Below are positions 35,866-46,688 of a stretch of DNA of 64,000 nt, piece after piece (position 1 is the first letter of the stretch; each line of letters begins with the position of its first letter). The position numbers were made by a program, and so were the translations under genes. Below the pieces are notes generated by a model. It had not been told where the DNA came from. It made no database searches and saw only the letters and a program-made list of their open reading frames with translations. This DNA is from a virus. The stretch spans positions 37,534 to 101,533 of IMG/VR virus record IMGVR_UViG_3300005825_000057; one strand, given 5' to 3'.

Positions 35866-36465
35866 ATGAAAGGTTTTAAAGATTGGCTACAGGAAAACAT
35901 GGGATCAGGCCCATACATTGGTAATTGTCGTCCAACCGACGATTATCAGGTATTTGGTGCCTGTAGCGATCAAAATACGGAAAAAAAGAACTCTTTGATC
36001 CGAAAAGGCGAAGAACCGCCTCGTAAAAAGAAGAAAATAAACACTAAATTCAAAGAATTTGTCGAACAAGAGGATCAAGCCTTTCAACAACAGCAACCAT
36101 CAGCATATCCGTCGCCAGAGTTGCCAACTGCTCAAAAAAAGAAGTGGAAAGCAACAAAAGACCAAATTATATCCTATTGGCATTCTTTGAGAGATGACTC
36201 TCCAATAGCGATTAAACCTATTCCTTACGAACATACGGGTTCTACATATGGAGAAGATGGCGTTAGATTAACAGGATCGCCTGAATTTATTGCTTCAATG
36301 CTTCCTAGATTGCGAGAATTATTGGCTTACGAAACACCTTCTACCAAATTGGCTTTAGTTTATAGAGAAACTGAATCACCAAGTAAAATTGCTCTAGGAA
36401 CTAGCAAAACATCTTATGTGTTTTATTTACAAGTAAAAGAAAGGGGTCAAAAAGGTGCAAAATAA
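35866..36465 (+). CDS. Hypothetical protein with capsid-targeting-like N-terminus
   Basis: MKGFKDWLQEN; internal KFKEFVEQE. Confidence 0.7.
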   Translation: MKGFKDWLQENMGSGPYIGNCRPTDDYQVFGACSDQNTEKKNSLIRKGEEPPRKKKKINTKFKEFVEQEDQAFQQQQPSAYPSPELPTAQKKKWKATKDQIISYWHSLRDDSPIAIKPIPYEHTGSTYGEDGVRLTGSPEFIASMLPRLRELLAYETPSTKLALVYRETESPSKIALGTSKTSYVFYLQVKERGQKGAK

Positions 36466-36666
36466 AAAAGGCGTAGATACAAATCGACAGAAAGCTATAA
36501 TAGACATGGCTTCCAGTTTGGCTAGAGTTTTCAGAAAATATTCACGCAGTAATCGTGAAAAGGCGTGGGGAGAACTCATGAAACCAGACGGCCAAAGAGA
36601 AATGAAGAAAATCTTACAAGACCCAGATAGGTCTTTAAATGGTTTTCCTAAATTGGCATTTAAGGA

Positions 36667-37320
36667 ATGGTTATGTTTGCAATCGGAATCATCACGGCCC
36701 GTCGAGAAAAAAGAATAAACTATCTTCCACACTCCCTTCGTGAATTAAGAAATGGAGGGTTTTCTGAAACAATAAATATTTTTGCAGAACCCTATTCTCC
36801 TGTCCAAAACTTTGTAAATTGTAAATTACTCTCTCATCATAAAAAATTAGGCAATGCCAATAATTGGTTATTTGCTCTTAACTTTTTGTTGAAAAATACA
36901 CAAGATGATTGGATTGTTATTTCAGAAGATGATATTTCTTGTAAATCAAATGCTTATCAAAAAATAAAAGACTTTGCAAGTTCTTTAGATCATCAAATAG
37001 GATACATTTCTGGATTTACTTCTGAATACTATTTTCTAAAAGATGTATTTACTGGTAAGAAAAAAGACTGGATTGAATTCAACCCCGGCTTAAATGCATA
37101 CGGCAATCAATTTTATGTTATGCCAAGAGTCTCTGCTCAATTGCTTTTGGATCAATCAAAAGATTATTTTAATCAATTTGAAGAATACAAAAAAGAAACA
37201 AGGGGAGTTGATTTTATAGTTTCTACTTTCTTTGAAAAAAATAAACTACCTTGCTATTATCCTATTCCAAGTCTCTTTGACCATGTTGCTGACGCCGTTT
37301 TTCATGGCTACCTTTATTGA
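36667..37320 (+). CDS. Glycosyltransferase-like protein
   Basis: WIVISEDD, PSLFDH. Confidence 0.55.
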   Translation: MVMFAIGIITARREKRINYLPHSLRELRNGGFSETINIFAEPYSPVQNFVNCKLLSHHKKLGNANNWLFALNFLLKNTQDDWIVISEDDISCKSNAYQKIKDFASSLDHQIGYISGFTSEYYFLKDVFTGKKKDWIEFNPGLNAYGNQFYVMPRVSAQLLLDQSKDYFNQFEEYKKETRGVDFIVSTFFEKNKLPCYYPIPSLFDHVADAVFHGYLY

Positions 37321-37349
37321 TTTACAGGTTGACTTTTCTGTGGTACAAT
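37321..37349 (+). promoter_or_regulatory. Phage early-type promoter
   Basis: TTTACA-N17-TACAAT with TGTGG. Confidence 0.75.
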
Positions 37350-37653
37350 CTGCTCATGATGTATTCCATTGATTCCTTCACTGAGGACAAATTCTACCTT
37401 TCGACTGGAAAGGGTGAAAATTGGTCTGATTACGACGGGCCGTTTGACAACATTCAAGAAGTGTGTGACCACATGGCAGTTCTATGTGGAGAATACACTA
37501 CTCCCGAAATGTTGCATTCTGCTGTTGTAACGCATTTCAAGAATAATGTTCTTGACTTGGTGAAAGATGATAATGGCTCGCCGGTCAATGGTAACCAAAT
37601 TTATTGGAAAAACACCATTTACTATAAAGGCGAAGTTGCTTGGGAGCCTCAAC

Positions 37654-38259
37654 GTGTCGAGCGATCTGGATAAATTTCGAGACAAATATTCTCTTGGAGA
37701 TAGGGAAATTCTCTTGTTCCCCTATGGATCAAGAGTTTATGGAACATCGTCTGTAAATTCAGATTATGATTACAACTGTGTTGTGCCAGACCGTAAAGGC
37801 ATTCAAACAGGCGAAGCCTTCCATCACAACAAAACTAACGTCCAAATTTACACTCGCAGTGATTGGCAAGATCAATTAAATCTGCATAAGATTCACTGTC
37901 TTGAGGCGTATTATTTAGACGATGGCGTGTGTCGTTCTGAGTTTTCTTTTAAGTTGAATTTACAACAGCTTCGGGCTTCTCTTTCAGAGAAGTCTTCGCA
38001 TTCTTTTGTAAAGGCAAAGAAAAAGATCGACAAAGAGAAAGATTACTACATTGGATGGAAAAGTCTTTTTCACAGTTTGAGGATTTTGGTTTACGGAATC
38101 AGAATTGCCAGTTTGGGCAAGATTGATTACGCCGAAGCGAATCATTACTGGAAAGAAATCATTGAAAATCCCCAATACAATTGGGATTTTTACAAGCAAA
38201 AGTATCAACCTGTTTACAACAATCTGGCCACTGTTTTCAAAAAGGCCGCACCAAAATGA
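37654..38259 (+). CDS. Pol-beta superfamily nucleotidyltransferase
   Basis: YGSRVYGT..SDYD; KSLFHSLRIL. Confidence 0.8.
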   Translation: MSSDLDKFRDKYSLGDREILLFPYGSRVYGTSSVNSDYDYNCVVPDRKGIQTGEAFHHNKTNVQIYTRSDWQDQLNLHKIHCLEAYYLDDGVCRSEFSFKLNLQQLRASLSEKSSHSFVKAKKKIDKEKDYYIGWKSLFHSLRILVYGIRIASLGKIDYAEANHYWKEIIENPQYNWDFYKQKYQPVYNNLATVFKKAAPK

Positions 38260-39260
38260 ATTTTTATAGAGTCAATAATGCCGCCGAAATGTTGTGGCTC
38301 GCCAATGAAATGAAAATGGATGCTGTTCTTGAAAAACAAGACCAGCCAACAGAATATAGTAAAACAGAAGCGGAGGCTTTTGAAAGAACAGAGCGAGAAT
38401 TTCCTGACGGAAATGTTCCTCATTCTGTTGCTATTCTTTACAACGATATTGTTTACTCTGTTGTTTTGACTTGTGAAACTTATGAGGGAGAGATGTGGCA
38501 TCTTTCTCTTGGCAAAGCAAACACGTTGGGTGGTCCGCCTGAGAGGGTCGATGATGAAACGGCGAAATTTATCCAAGAAGCCTTCTTTGGGAAAACTTCT
38601 CAAGAATGTCCACCCGAAGGTGCTTTCCAAAACGTCCGACACTATAGAGCCACAAAAGTTCTCTGATCTGAATATTTGTGGCAAAAGAGTTAAGACGACA
38701 ACCAATTTTATTTTGAAGTTTGGTATGGCCAAACTCAAAGAATTGGTCACAGAGTTTTCCGCTGAAAATCATGAAGTTTATGATTTTGGGCGAAATGTTT
38801 TTGTTACTGACCATTTTGATAAAACGGTCAATGGCGAAAAAATTTACATGATTAACATGCGAAGTCCGCAAGGTGTTAATCATATCATTTGTGACACTTT
38901 TGAACATTTGATGGCAGCGGGCGTCATTAAAGAATCTTGCCTGCTAGATGGGCAAAACAAACATGAGCGATGATCGAGTAGTTACTGGTTATATGTGCAA
39001 GGTTGATTGGGATCACGAATTGGGTGAAGCCCTCGGTGGAAACACCGTATATCCTTCACAAGCCGATTTGATTTCCAACAAAAAATGTACTGATGAATGC
39101 GGGATTGTAGAAGTTGAAATCCGACTTAAACGAGTGATTCAAGAATCGGATTTCAGTATAAAACCAAATAAAACGTATCGAATTAGTTCCCGTGATGAAA
39201 ATGGCAAAAGGGTTTGTGAAACCGTAACTGGCGCAGAACTCTTGGCCAAAAGAAAGAAAA

Positions 39261-40142
39261 ATGATGTATAATACTCGCATTGCTCCAAGTCCGACTGGCG
39301 ACATGCATATTGGCACCGCCCGGACTGCTTATTTTAATTGGCTTGCCGCCAGAGCTTCCGGTGGCAAGTTTTATCTTCGTATTGATGACACCGATCAGAA
39401 GCGAAATGATCCAGCGTTTGTTAAAGTCATTCTGGAAACAATGGATTGGCTTGGGTTGAATTCTGATGATACTTTCTATCAGAGCAACCGATTTGATCGT
39501 TATTCTTCTTTGGCCAAAGAATTCCTTGATAAAGGAATGGCGTCCATTAAAGATGGAGCAACTATTTTGTTGCTTCCTAATGGTAATTTGCCCGATAAAT
39601 GGACTGATATGGTCAAGGGTGATATTGCCATTACAACAAATGATATTGAGAACACAGATGGAATTGTTCTCATTAAGAGTGATGGTTCGCCTTCTTATAA
39701 CTGGTCTAGCGTGATTGATGACATTGATTATGACATCAATTTGGTTATTCGTGGAACCGATCACATTACTAACACCAGCCGTCAGGCTTTGCTTTATCAT
39801 TGTCTTGGGAAAACTCCACCTAAGTATGCTCACGTTAGTTTAATTGGCTATAAAGGAAAGCCAATGAGCAAGCGTGATGGTGCAGCGAGCATGTTGCATT
39901 ATCGAAATGCTGGATATGATCCTGATGCCATGTTGAATTTTTTAGCTCGGCTTGGTTGGGGTCCGACTGTTGATGATAAATCCACGGTTATGTTGGATAA
40001 AACTCGCATGATCGAATTGTTTTTAACAGGCGGCAAAATGAGAAATGCCTTTTCTGGATTCGACTTGTCGAAGTTGGAATCTTTTGATAGAAAGTACAAG
40101 GCAAAAAAGGGTATTTGGAGAAACGGCGATAATCTTTTGTAA
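39261..40142 (+). CDS. Glutamyl-tRNA synthetase-like protein, catalytic domain only
   Basis: TRIAPSPTGDMHIGT, LRIDDTD, VIRGTDH, PMSKRDG; 293 aa. Confidence 0.9.
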   Translation: MMYNTRIAPSPTGDMHIGTARTAYFNWLAARASGGKFYLRIDDTDQKRNDPAFVKVILETMDWLGLNSDDTFYQSNRFDRYSSLAKEFLDKGMASIKDGATILLLPNGNLPDKWTDMVKGDIAITTNDIENTDGIVLIKSDGSPSYNWSSVIDDIDYDINLVIRGTDHITNTSRQALLYHCLGKTPPKYAHVSLIGYKGKPMSKRDGAASMLHYRNAGYDPDAMLNFLARLGWGPTVDDKSTVMLDKTRMIELFLTGGKMRNAFSGFDLSKLESFDRKYKAKKGIWRNGDNLL

Positions 40143-40846
40143 TGAAAGGATAAAATGACTACTGCTCAAGTTGAAGTTTATCGTTTGTGGCCTGATGGTC
40201 ATTGGGATCGGACTACTGTTGAAGTTTTAGCTGAGCCGTGGTCTATGGAAATTATCGAGTCACGGGCTGCTTCCGCTGCTTGGAAGCAGCTAATTGCGGA
40301 AGAGGCGAAGCCTCTTCAAATAGGTTTGTTTATGCATTCAATCAAGGAACCTTTGGTATGAGCGGTGAATATGGGCCTGAATTCGACAAATTTGTTGAGC
40401 GTGCCCGCAAAGAATTAGTCCCGAAGATTGAGGGAAGTTCAATATTTGTCTCCATTACTCCTTCAAATCCCGAAAAGGTTGATATTAAGTTTGCCTTGGA
40501 ATTGGGTTTGGCAATTATGTATGACAAGCCCATTATTGCTTGCATTCAACCGGGCACTAAAATTCCAGAGAAACTTTCACGAGTTGTCGAGAAATTTGTT
40601 GAATTGGATTTAAACGACCCAACTCAGCGTGATCGACTGACCGATGCAATCAATGAAATGATGGGGGAACAAAGTGACTTGGATATATCTTGAATTTTGG
40701 TGGGCAATACACAATTTAATTGCACATCCATTATCTCAAATTGTGTGGTGGATTAGTTTATTTGGCACAATTAAGCCAATAGCATCTTTTGGAGATTGGA
40801 TACACGACTGGACAGTGCCAATACATGAAGTGGGAAAAGGTCGAGG

Positions 40847-41227
40847 ATGAATCTGAAATTTGAAACAAATTTTACAGTGATGCCAAAACACTGTAATTAT
40901 ATGTATCCAATGATTTTTGGCGGACATTTCTTTAGTGAAATGGACCTTTGTGCTGCTTGTTGTGTAAATCGTTTACTTCATGATTCAGAGTGTGATTCGG
41001 CAGTTACGCATAAGTTTGAAGGTACATTTCACGCCCCGACAGAGAATGGTGATTTAATTTTTCTCGAAGCCGAAGTGGTTGAGTTGAGAACTAAAGCAGT
41101 TGTTGTTGTTGTAAAGGCTTTTAGAGAAAAGCGTGCTGTGGCGGGAAGAGACTTTGTTGCAGAGGCTAAGTTTGTTTTTGTAACAAAAAAAGATGGTCTT
41201 TATACAAAACATGGTTTGAGCTTATGA
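40847..41227 (+). CDS. Acyl-CoA thioesterase (hotdog fold)
   Basis: VMPKHCN..IFGG..MD..A; AKFVFV. Confidence 0.85.
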   Translation: MNLKFETNFTVMPKHCNYMYPMIFGGHFFSEMDLCAACCVNRLLHDSECDSAVTHKFEGTFHAPTENGDLIFLEAEVVELRTKAVVVVVKAFREKRAVAGRDFVAEAKFVFVTKKDGLYTKHGLSL

Positions 41228-42044
41228 TTTGTATTTTATTTACTGATGGAGTTTTGAAACTCCGTGAGATTGCCGATGAATGTAAAGCACAAAAGTGGGT
41301 TCCCATTTGTGTGTATCGAGAAAAAGGCGTTGATGATGGCGTCCCCACTGTCATTGGCTTCAACGATCAAGAAACAGCCAAGAAATTCGCTAAAAGAAAT
41401 TTGCCAAAAGAATGGCTTCGGGGTGGCGTAGAACTTACCGAAGAAGACATAACATGGATTAAAAATAAAGGTTGGAAGATTGAAATTTTTAGTTTTCCCC
41501 GACTTATGAATAGTCACCCACTATATGAGATTTCTTTTGAAGTCCTAGAACTTAGCGATCAACCCGAATTGCGTTATCAAAGAGGCTAAAACACATCCTT
41601 TTGGAGTCATAACATGGGCTGGTGGAGAAGCGAAAACGGGTCGATTGGTGATTGGCCCGCTGACATTATGGATAAAGCCCTCAAAGATATTGAGGATGTT
41701 TATCTTCATCAATGCGGTCGATTGCCCACACAGGGCGAAATTGCTAACCTGATTGAGTTCTGTTCCTGCGGAACACTCAAGCCCGCTTGTGGCGATTCAA
41801 AATATCCCTTTACGAAGGCTTCTCTGGCTGATGAAGAAACGCCACGAGCATCACCGAGAGGCAATCAAGGGATCAGCGGCCCCGCTTCAACTAATGCTGT
41901 TAAAACGGGTCAAATGGTTAATGTTGATCCAGCCACCGGGGAATGTTTCTCTACAAAGGATGCTGAGAAAGTGCTTGAGCAGCAATTCAAAGAAATGAAA
42001 GACCGGGGCATGGAAGAAGGCGGGCCATATACGGCAGGTCAGTA

Positions 42045-42473
42045 ATGCAAACTTTTTTGCCTTATCCTTCTTTTGAAAAGACCGTTGCTTGTTTGGATTG
42101 GCGACGACTTGGAAAACAACGAGTCGAAGCCTATCAAATATTAAATGTTTTGCGTGGACAATCAACGGGTTGGGCCAATCATCCGGCCATTAAAATGTGG
42201 AGGGGTTACGAAGACGCTTTGGCCGTCTATATGAATTGTTGTATTTCCGAATGGATCAGAAGGGGCTACAACAATAACATGAAACTAGAATTGGTTGAAA
42301 ATTATGATCTTCCCGAATGGGTTGGCTGGGAAGATTTCCATTCTAGTCACCGATCAAATTTACTTAGGAAAGACTTTATCTATTATTCCCAATTTGGTTG
42401 GGATGAACCAAATGATTTGCCTTATGTATGGCCAAAAAACAACCCGCAGAAAAATCTGCGGGTTGCAACTTAA
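42045..42473 (+). CDS. Pyrimidine-dimer DNA glycosylase-like protein
   Basis: MQTFLPY..RLGKQRVEAYQIL..HPAIKMWRGY..SHRSNLLRK. Confidence 0.85.
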   Translation: MQTFLPYPSFEKTVACLDWRRLGKQRVEAYQILNVLRGQSTGWANHPAIKMWRGYEDALAVYMNCCISEWIRRGYNNNMKLELVENYDLPEWVGWEDFHSSHRSNLLRKDFIYYSQFGWDEPNDLPYVWPKNNPQKNLRVAT

Positions 42474-42750
42474 CCATTGGCCACAATGTCACCATGAACA
42501 TTAGCATCCTTGCGACAGTAATGGTGGCCATGATTTTTTGCCCATTCATCGAATGGACAAGAATCATTCTCGGTCTTGCGATCTGGATTGTGGCAATCCT
42601 CGTTGTCTCGATATGGACAGGGCGGTTCTTCAACCAAAATCTGCCAGTCTGCGACAAGGGGAATGACGTGTTTGCATTTGTTGTTGCTCATAAATCACCC
42701 CTTTCATGGGTTTGCTCATCCATATTATTATAGTATCTTGAGAGTTAAAA

Positions 42751-43383
42751 ATGCAATCTGAGGCCGCTCTTAAATTGTTTTCTAAATTAAAACGTAAGGA
42801 AAGAAGAATTCATCTTTCCCCACAGGATAATATTGTTTTTTTTGCTCAAGAGCAACCAATCAATGATGAAATGCGTTTGTTTCGTAAACCCAAAGGACTT
42901 TGGTATGGAATAAATGATTCTTGGATTGATTGGTGCCATTCTGAATCAATGGGATGGGTTCACAATTATATTCATGAAGTGATTTTAGATACTTCAAAAA
43001 TTCTTAGGATTTCAAATATTAAAGAATTTGAAGCCTTTGAGGATGAATATAGCGATATTGATCCTATACTTGCCGAACTTTCAAAGACTTATCCCAACTT
43101 TAACGCCACATTTGATGGTTGGCAAGACAGAAATCATCGTCGTCGTGGCATGAATTGCATTCGCTTTGATAAGGTAGCTGAAAAATATTCAGGCATTGAA
43201 ATTACTCCGTATCTTTGGGAAAAAAGATTAGAGTCAATGTGGTATTACGGGTGGGATTGTGCCTCTGGTTGTGTTTGGAATCCTGATGCCGTATTGGATG
43301 TAAATCTTTTTGCTTCATTTGATGAAGTAAAGCAGACTTTCATTCGTTCTGCTTTACAACGAAAAAGACCTGTGGTAGAATAG
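42751..43383 (+). CDS. Hypothetical phage protein
   Basis: KPKGLWY..W..WC; YGWDCASGCVWN. Confidence 0.7.
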   Translation: MQSEAALKLFSKLKRKERRIHLSPQDNIVFFAQEQPINDEMRLFRKPKGLWYGINDSWIDWCHSESMGWVHNYIHEVILDTSKILRISNIKEFEAFEDEYSDIDPILAELSKTYPNFNATFDGWQDRNHRRRGMNCIRFDKVAEKYSGIEITPYLWEKRLESMWYYGWDCASGCVWNPDAVLDVNLFASFDEVKQTFIRSALQRKRPVVE

Positions 43384-43436
43384 GGTTGTTGCTGACTCAC
43401 CCCCTTAGTTGTTTAATTGAAACCCGGAGAAAAAAC

Positions 43437-43679
43437 ATGCACTCAATGACTCTGTTCGCCTTTGCTTTGCCGGAAAACTTTTGGATCGGGGCCGTTGGTT
43501 CTTTGATCTTTGGAGTAATCGGCATCGTTCTTCTGTTGCTGGGCTACTTCGCCTTCGACATTGTGACGCCCAAGCTGGACGTTCCTGCTGAACTCACCAA
43601 GGGCAATATTTCTGTGGGTATTGTGGTTGCCGCCCTTCTTCTGGCAATTGCTTATATTGCTGCAAACGTCGTTCAATAA
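43437..43679 (+). CDS. DUF350-like membrane protein
   Basis: Two TM helices, FDIVTP..ELTKGNISVGIV; GGAG SD. Confidence 0.8.
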   Translation: MHSMTLFAFALPENFWIGAVGSLIFGVIGIVLLLLGYFAFDIVTPKLDVPAELTKGNISVGIVVAALLLAIAYIAANVVQ

Positions 43680-44057
43680 ATATTAAACCCAGCTAGTTCC
43701 TAAAAAATACTATTTCGCTTCGTCGTTACATATCAAATATAAATATTTGATAATGGATTTTGGCCACCGACTTCCACAATGGCCACCGGCCCCCGCCGAG
43801 TTCAAGTGGTTGTCGAGTTCAACTTTCATGACGACGACATAATTCTTATAAAATTATGTCAGAAATAGTATTTGGTCTAGCTGGGTTTATTTTTTTCATG
43901 AGGCCACCCATGTCCCAATCTAAGCCAGAAGAGCTATTGCAAAAAAGCGACAATATTCATACATTGTTAGCTCACATAGAGAACACTCAGAAGCAGCGTC
44001 GGTTCAAGATGTGGCTAAAAAAACTCTGGGCAAAGCTATGCTTTTGGCGGAAATAAT

Positions 44058-45167
44058 ATGCTATTAACACAAGAACAAAAACACGCCATTTTATCTTTGG
44101 TAAAAGGCGTAAAACAAGACGTTCAAGTTCAAACTTTGGGCGGCTATGCGGGAACGGGCAAGACAACAACAATCAAGAATGTCAGAGAATCTTTAAAATC
44201 CAAAAAAATGAATTTTGCAGTTGCGGCCTACACAGGCAAAGCCGCAAATGTTTTGAGAGGCAAAGGAATAGATGCCTCCACAATTCATAGACTCATTTAT
44301 GCGCCATTCAAAAACGAAAACGAAGAAACTATCTGGTATGTAAAAGATAAGTTTCATCCTGATATTATTGACATTCAAGGTTTTATCATTGATGAAGCCT
44401 CAATGGTCAATAAGGAAATTTATCATGATCTAGTTTCATTTCAAAAACCCATTATCTTTGTAGGCGATCACGGCCAACTAGAGCCGATTGGTGGACATAA
44501 ATTTAATCTTATGTCCGAACCGATGTACAGATTAGAAGAAGTGCATCGAAATGCTGGTGAAATTGCTATCTTTGCCGAACATCTTCGCAAAGGCAACACA
44601 GCATCGAGTTTTACTGCCGCTGAAAAAGTACAGCTTGTTAAAGCTACTGCCATTCACAACGATCACCTTGCTGGGGTCGATCAGGTCATTGTTGCGTTTA
44701 ATGGACAAAGAGTTGAAATCAACAACCGGGTCAGGTCATATAATCGCCTTGATTATGTTTACTTGTCTGTTGGCGAAAAAGTAATTTGCTTACGCAACAA
44801 CCACAAAGAAGGATTGTTCAACGGTCAACAAGGAACTGTGACCGCTATTTCTGATGATGGGGATCACTTTGATTTCCGCACAGAAGATAATTATTTCTTT
44901 TACAATATTCTTTTCGATCCAGAAATTTTTGGTCAAGAAAAACCAGAACTTGATTTCAGAAAGAAAGAGAATCCTTTTGATTATGCTTATGCAATTACTT
45001 GTCATAAAGCACAAGGGGATGAATTTGGTTCTGTAATTGTTTATGAAAAAGAATGTGATCTTTGGGAACATAAAAGGTGGGCTTATACTGCGGCAAGTCG
45101 AGCTTCCAAATCTTTGATTTGGGTTCTTGAAAATGCACCCGCCCGATTCATCCCTAAGTATTTGTAA
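44058..45167 (+). CDS. SF1B helicase (Dda / RecD-like)
   Basis: GYAGTGKTT, DEASMV, GDHGQLEP, YAITCHKAQG, YTAASRA. Confidence 0.92.
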   Translation: MLLTQEQKHAILSLVKGVKQDVQVQTLGGYAGTGKTTTIKNVRESLKSKKMNFAVAAYTGKAANVLRGKGIDASTIHRLIYAPFKNENEETIWYVKDKFHPDIIDIQGFIIDEASMVNKEIYHDLVSFQKPIIFVGDHGQLEPIGGHKFNLMSEPMYRLEEVHRNAGEIAIFAEHLRKGNTASSFTAAEKVQLVKATAIHNDHLAGVDQVIVAFNGQRVEINNRVRSYNRLDYVYLSVGEKVICLRNNHKEGLFNGQQGTVTAISDDGDHFDFRTEDNYFFYNILFDPEIFGQEKPELDFRKKENPFDYAYAITCHKAQGDEFGSVIVYEKECDLWEHKRWAYTAASRASKSLIWVLENAPARFIPKYL

Positions 45168-45176
45168 ACAACCTGC

Positions 45177-45205
45177 TTTACAAAAATAAATACTCGTGGT
45201 ATAAT
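45177..45205 (+). promoter_or_regulatory. Promoter of the RNase P RNA gene
   Basis: TTTACA-N17-TATAAT, 7 nt before helix P1. Confidence 0.8.
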
Positions 45206-45212
45206 CCTCCAT

Positions 45213-45453
45213 GATTGGCGTGTTCCGAGTCTGCGCTGGCGGCGTAAGTCGTTAGAGGAAAGTCGGGCCACATCTGCTCCTTGTGGGAGAGTTCGCTCGT
45301 TAGCACCACAATGCGTGCAAGCCGTACAGACCTAGCCGGTGAGCAGGGCTATGATGGTCGGGTAGGTGCAGTTATCCATAACCGGGTAGCATGGTGAGAA
45401 CCATAGAAAAATGCAGACATAGAACAGAAGTCCGCTTACGGGAACCGCCAGTC
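45213..45453 (+). ncRNA. rnpB: RNase P RNA, minimal
   Basis: GAGGAAAGTC (CR-I) and AACAGAA..GCTTA (CR-V); P1, P2 (GTCTGC/GCAGAC), P3, P4 with bulged U, P18-like GAGA hairpin. Confidence 0.9.
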
Positions 45454-45481
45454 TCTTTTTGTTCAAAAGGAGACTATTCAT

Positions 45482-45949
45482 GTGAGGGCGTCCATGATCC
45501 ATGTCACCGATCACGCAAGAGAAAGGTGGCACAAAAGAGCATCCATTGGAGGAAATGAGAATGTACATGATATTATCGACGCAGTTAAGAAATCGAAATT
45601 CATCAAGAAAAATCAACCATTACCTTTTGGATTACCCCGTTTACCGGGCACAGTGTATTCCTTAAACAATGGTGTTGTGTTCGTCATGGAAGCCATGACG
45701 ATTGATGAGTTTAGATTGGTCACAGTGATTACCGAAGACGAAAAGGCTGTCATAAAGAAAGCCACAGGACCACCAAAGAGAAGACTAGCTTTACGACAGA
45801 AGCGACTGATTCGTAAATCACTAGATAAGAAAAGAGAGATATTCAAAGATGAGTCAGGTACTAATCACAAAAACCGCACTTCTCGTAAAGAAAGACGGAA
45901 AAAAGCCCCGTCGTGCGAAGAAATTGACGGTTTTGACTCATCTCCGTGA
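45482..45949 (+). CDS. Basic protein with RelE/DUF4258-like N-terminus
   Basis: VTDHARERW..LVTVIT, Lys/Arg-rich tail. Confidence 0.5.
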   Translation: MRASMIHVTDHARERWHKRASIGGNENVHDIIDAVKKSKFIKKNQPLPFGLPRLPGTVYSLNNGVVFVMEAMTIDEFRLVTVITEDEKAVIKKATGPPKRRLALRQKRLIRKSLDKKREIFKDESGTNHKNRTSRKERRKKAPSCEEIDGFDSSP

Positions 45950-46688
45950 TGCTGTTGAAATTGCGGAAGGGGTCACTTTGCGTGACCTCTTCCGTATTGT
46001 TTCTAAATACAAATTGCTCAAGTTGTTTGTCTCTCAATATTCATGGTGTCGGCAACTTGAAGAATTTCATGCACAAGCCGAAGAGCCTATGCGTGAAGAG
46101 GAAACAGACAAACTCGAACATCTTGAAATTTATTGGCACGCATCTACACACAAATACAAAGGTGAATCTTCCATTGATATGGAAGCGGGATTCCACGGAA
46201 TTGGAGTTTCTAAAGAAATAGAAAACAATGGGCCTGATGGAAAATGTCATTTTTCCGTTTCGTACAGTCCTATGTATGAATTGGCCGACCTTCCACTCAA
46301 ACTGAACACAAACATTAAGATTTGGGGTCCGTGGGAAGGGAAACCCCCTCAAAAAGTTCTCTTTGAAGGCAAAAAATACTTTTCTTTATTGGAAGTATTG
46401 GATGCTATTTATTGGGACATTAGCTTTATGGGTGGTCCCGCTGAAAATAAAGAATTCATTGAAGATATGAATTCTCGTGTGGACGATATTAAATCGGGAA
46501 TTACTAAGGGCATTCCTGCCGAAGAAGTTTTCAAAGAATTGGGGATGGAAATGCCAGAAGCCAATGAAGGTGGCTTTAAGATGATTCTTTCTCCCGATGT
46601 TGTTGCTCAATTCGGCCTCAATCCCGATGATTTTGAAGGGATTGATATGAACGAGGATGATGATGAATCCGCCGTGGGACACACTTAA
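45849..46688 (+). CDS. Hypothetical protein
   Basis: 279-aa ORF. Confidence 0.7.
   Translation: MSQVLITKTALLVKKDGKKPRRAKKLTVLTHLRDAVEIAEGVTLRDLFRIVSKYKLLKLFVSQYSWCRQLEEFHAQAEEPMREEETDKLEHLEIYWHASTHKYKGESSIDMEAGFHGIGVSKEIENNGPDGKCHFSVSYSPMYELADLPLKLNTNIKIWGPWEGKPPQKVLFEGKKYFSLLEVLDAIYWDISFMGGPAENKEFIEDMNSRVDDIKSGITKGIPAEEVFKELGMEMPEANEGGFKMILSPDVVAQFGLNPDDFEGIDMNEDDDESAVGHT

Noticed and set aside
45083-45616. Minus-strand ORFs over the RNase P RNA
   Set aside because: Antisense to a well-supported structured RNA and lacking protein motifs.
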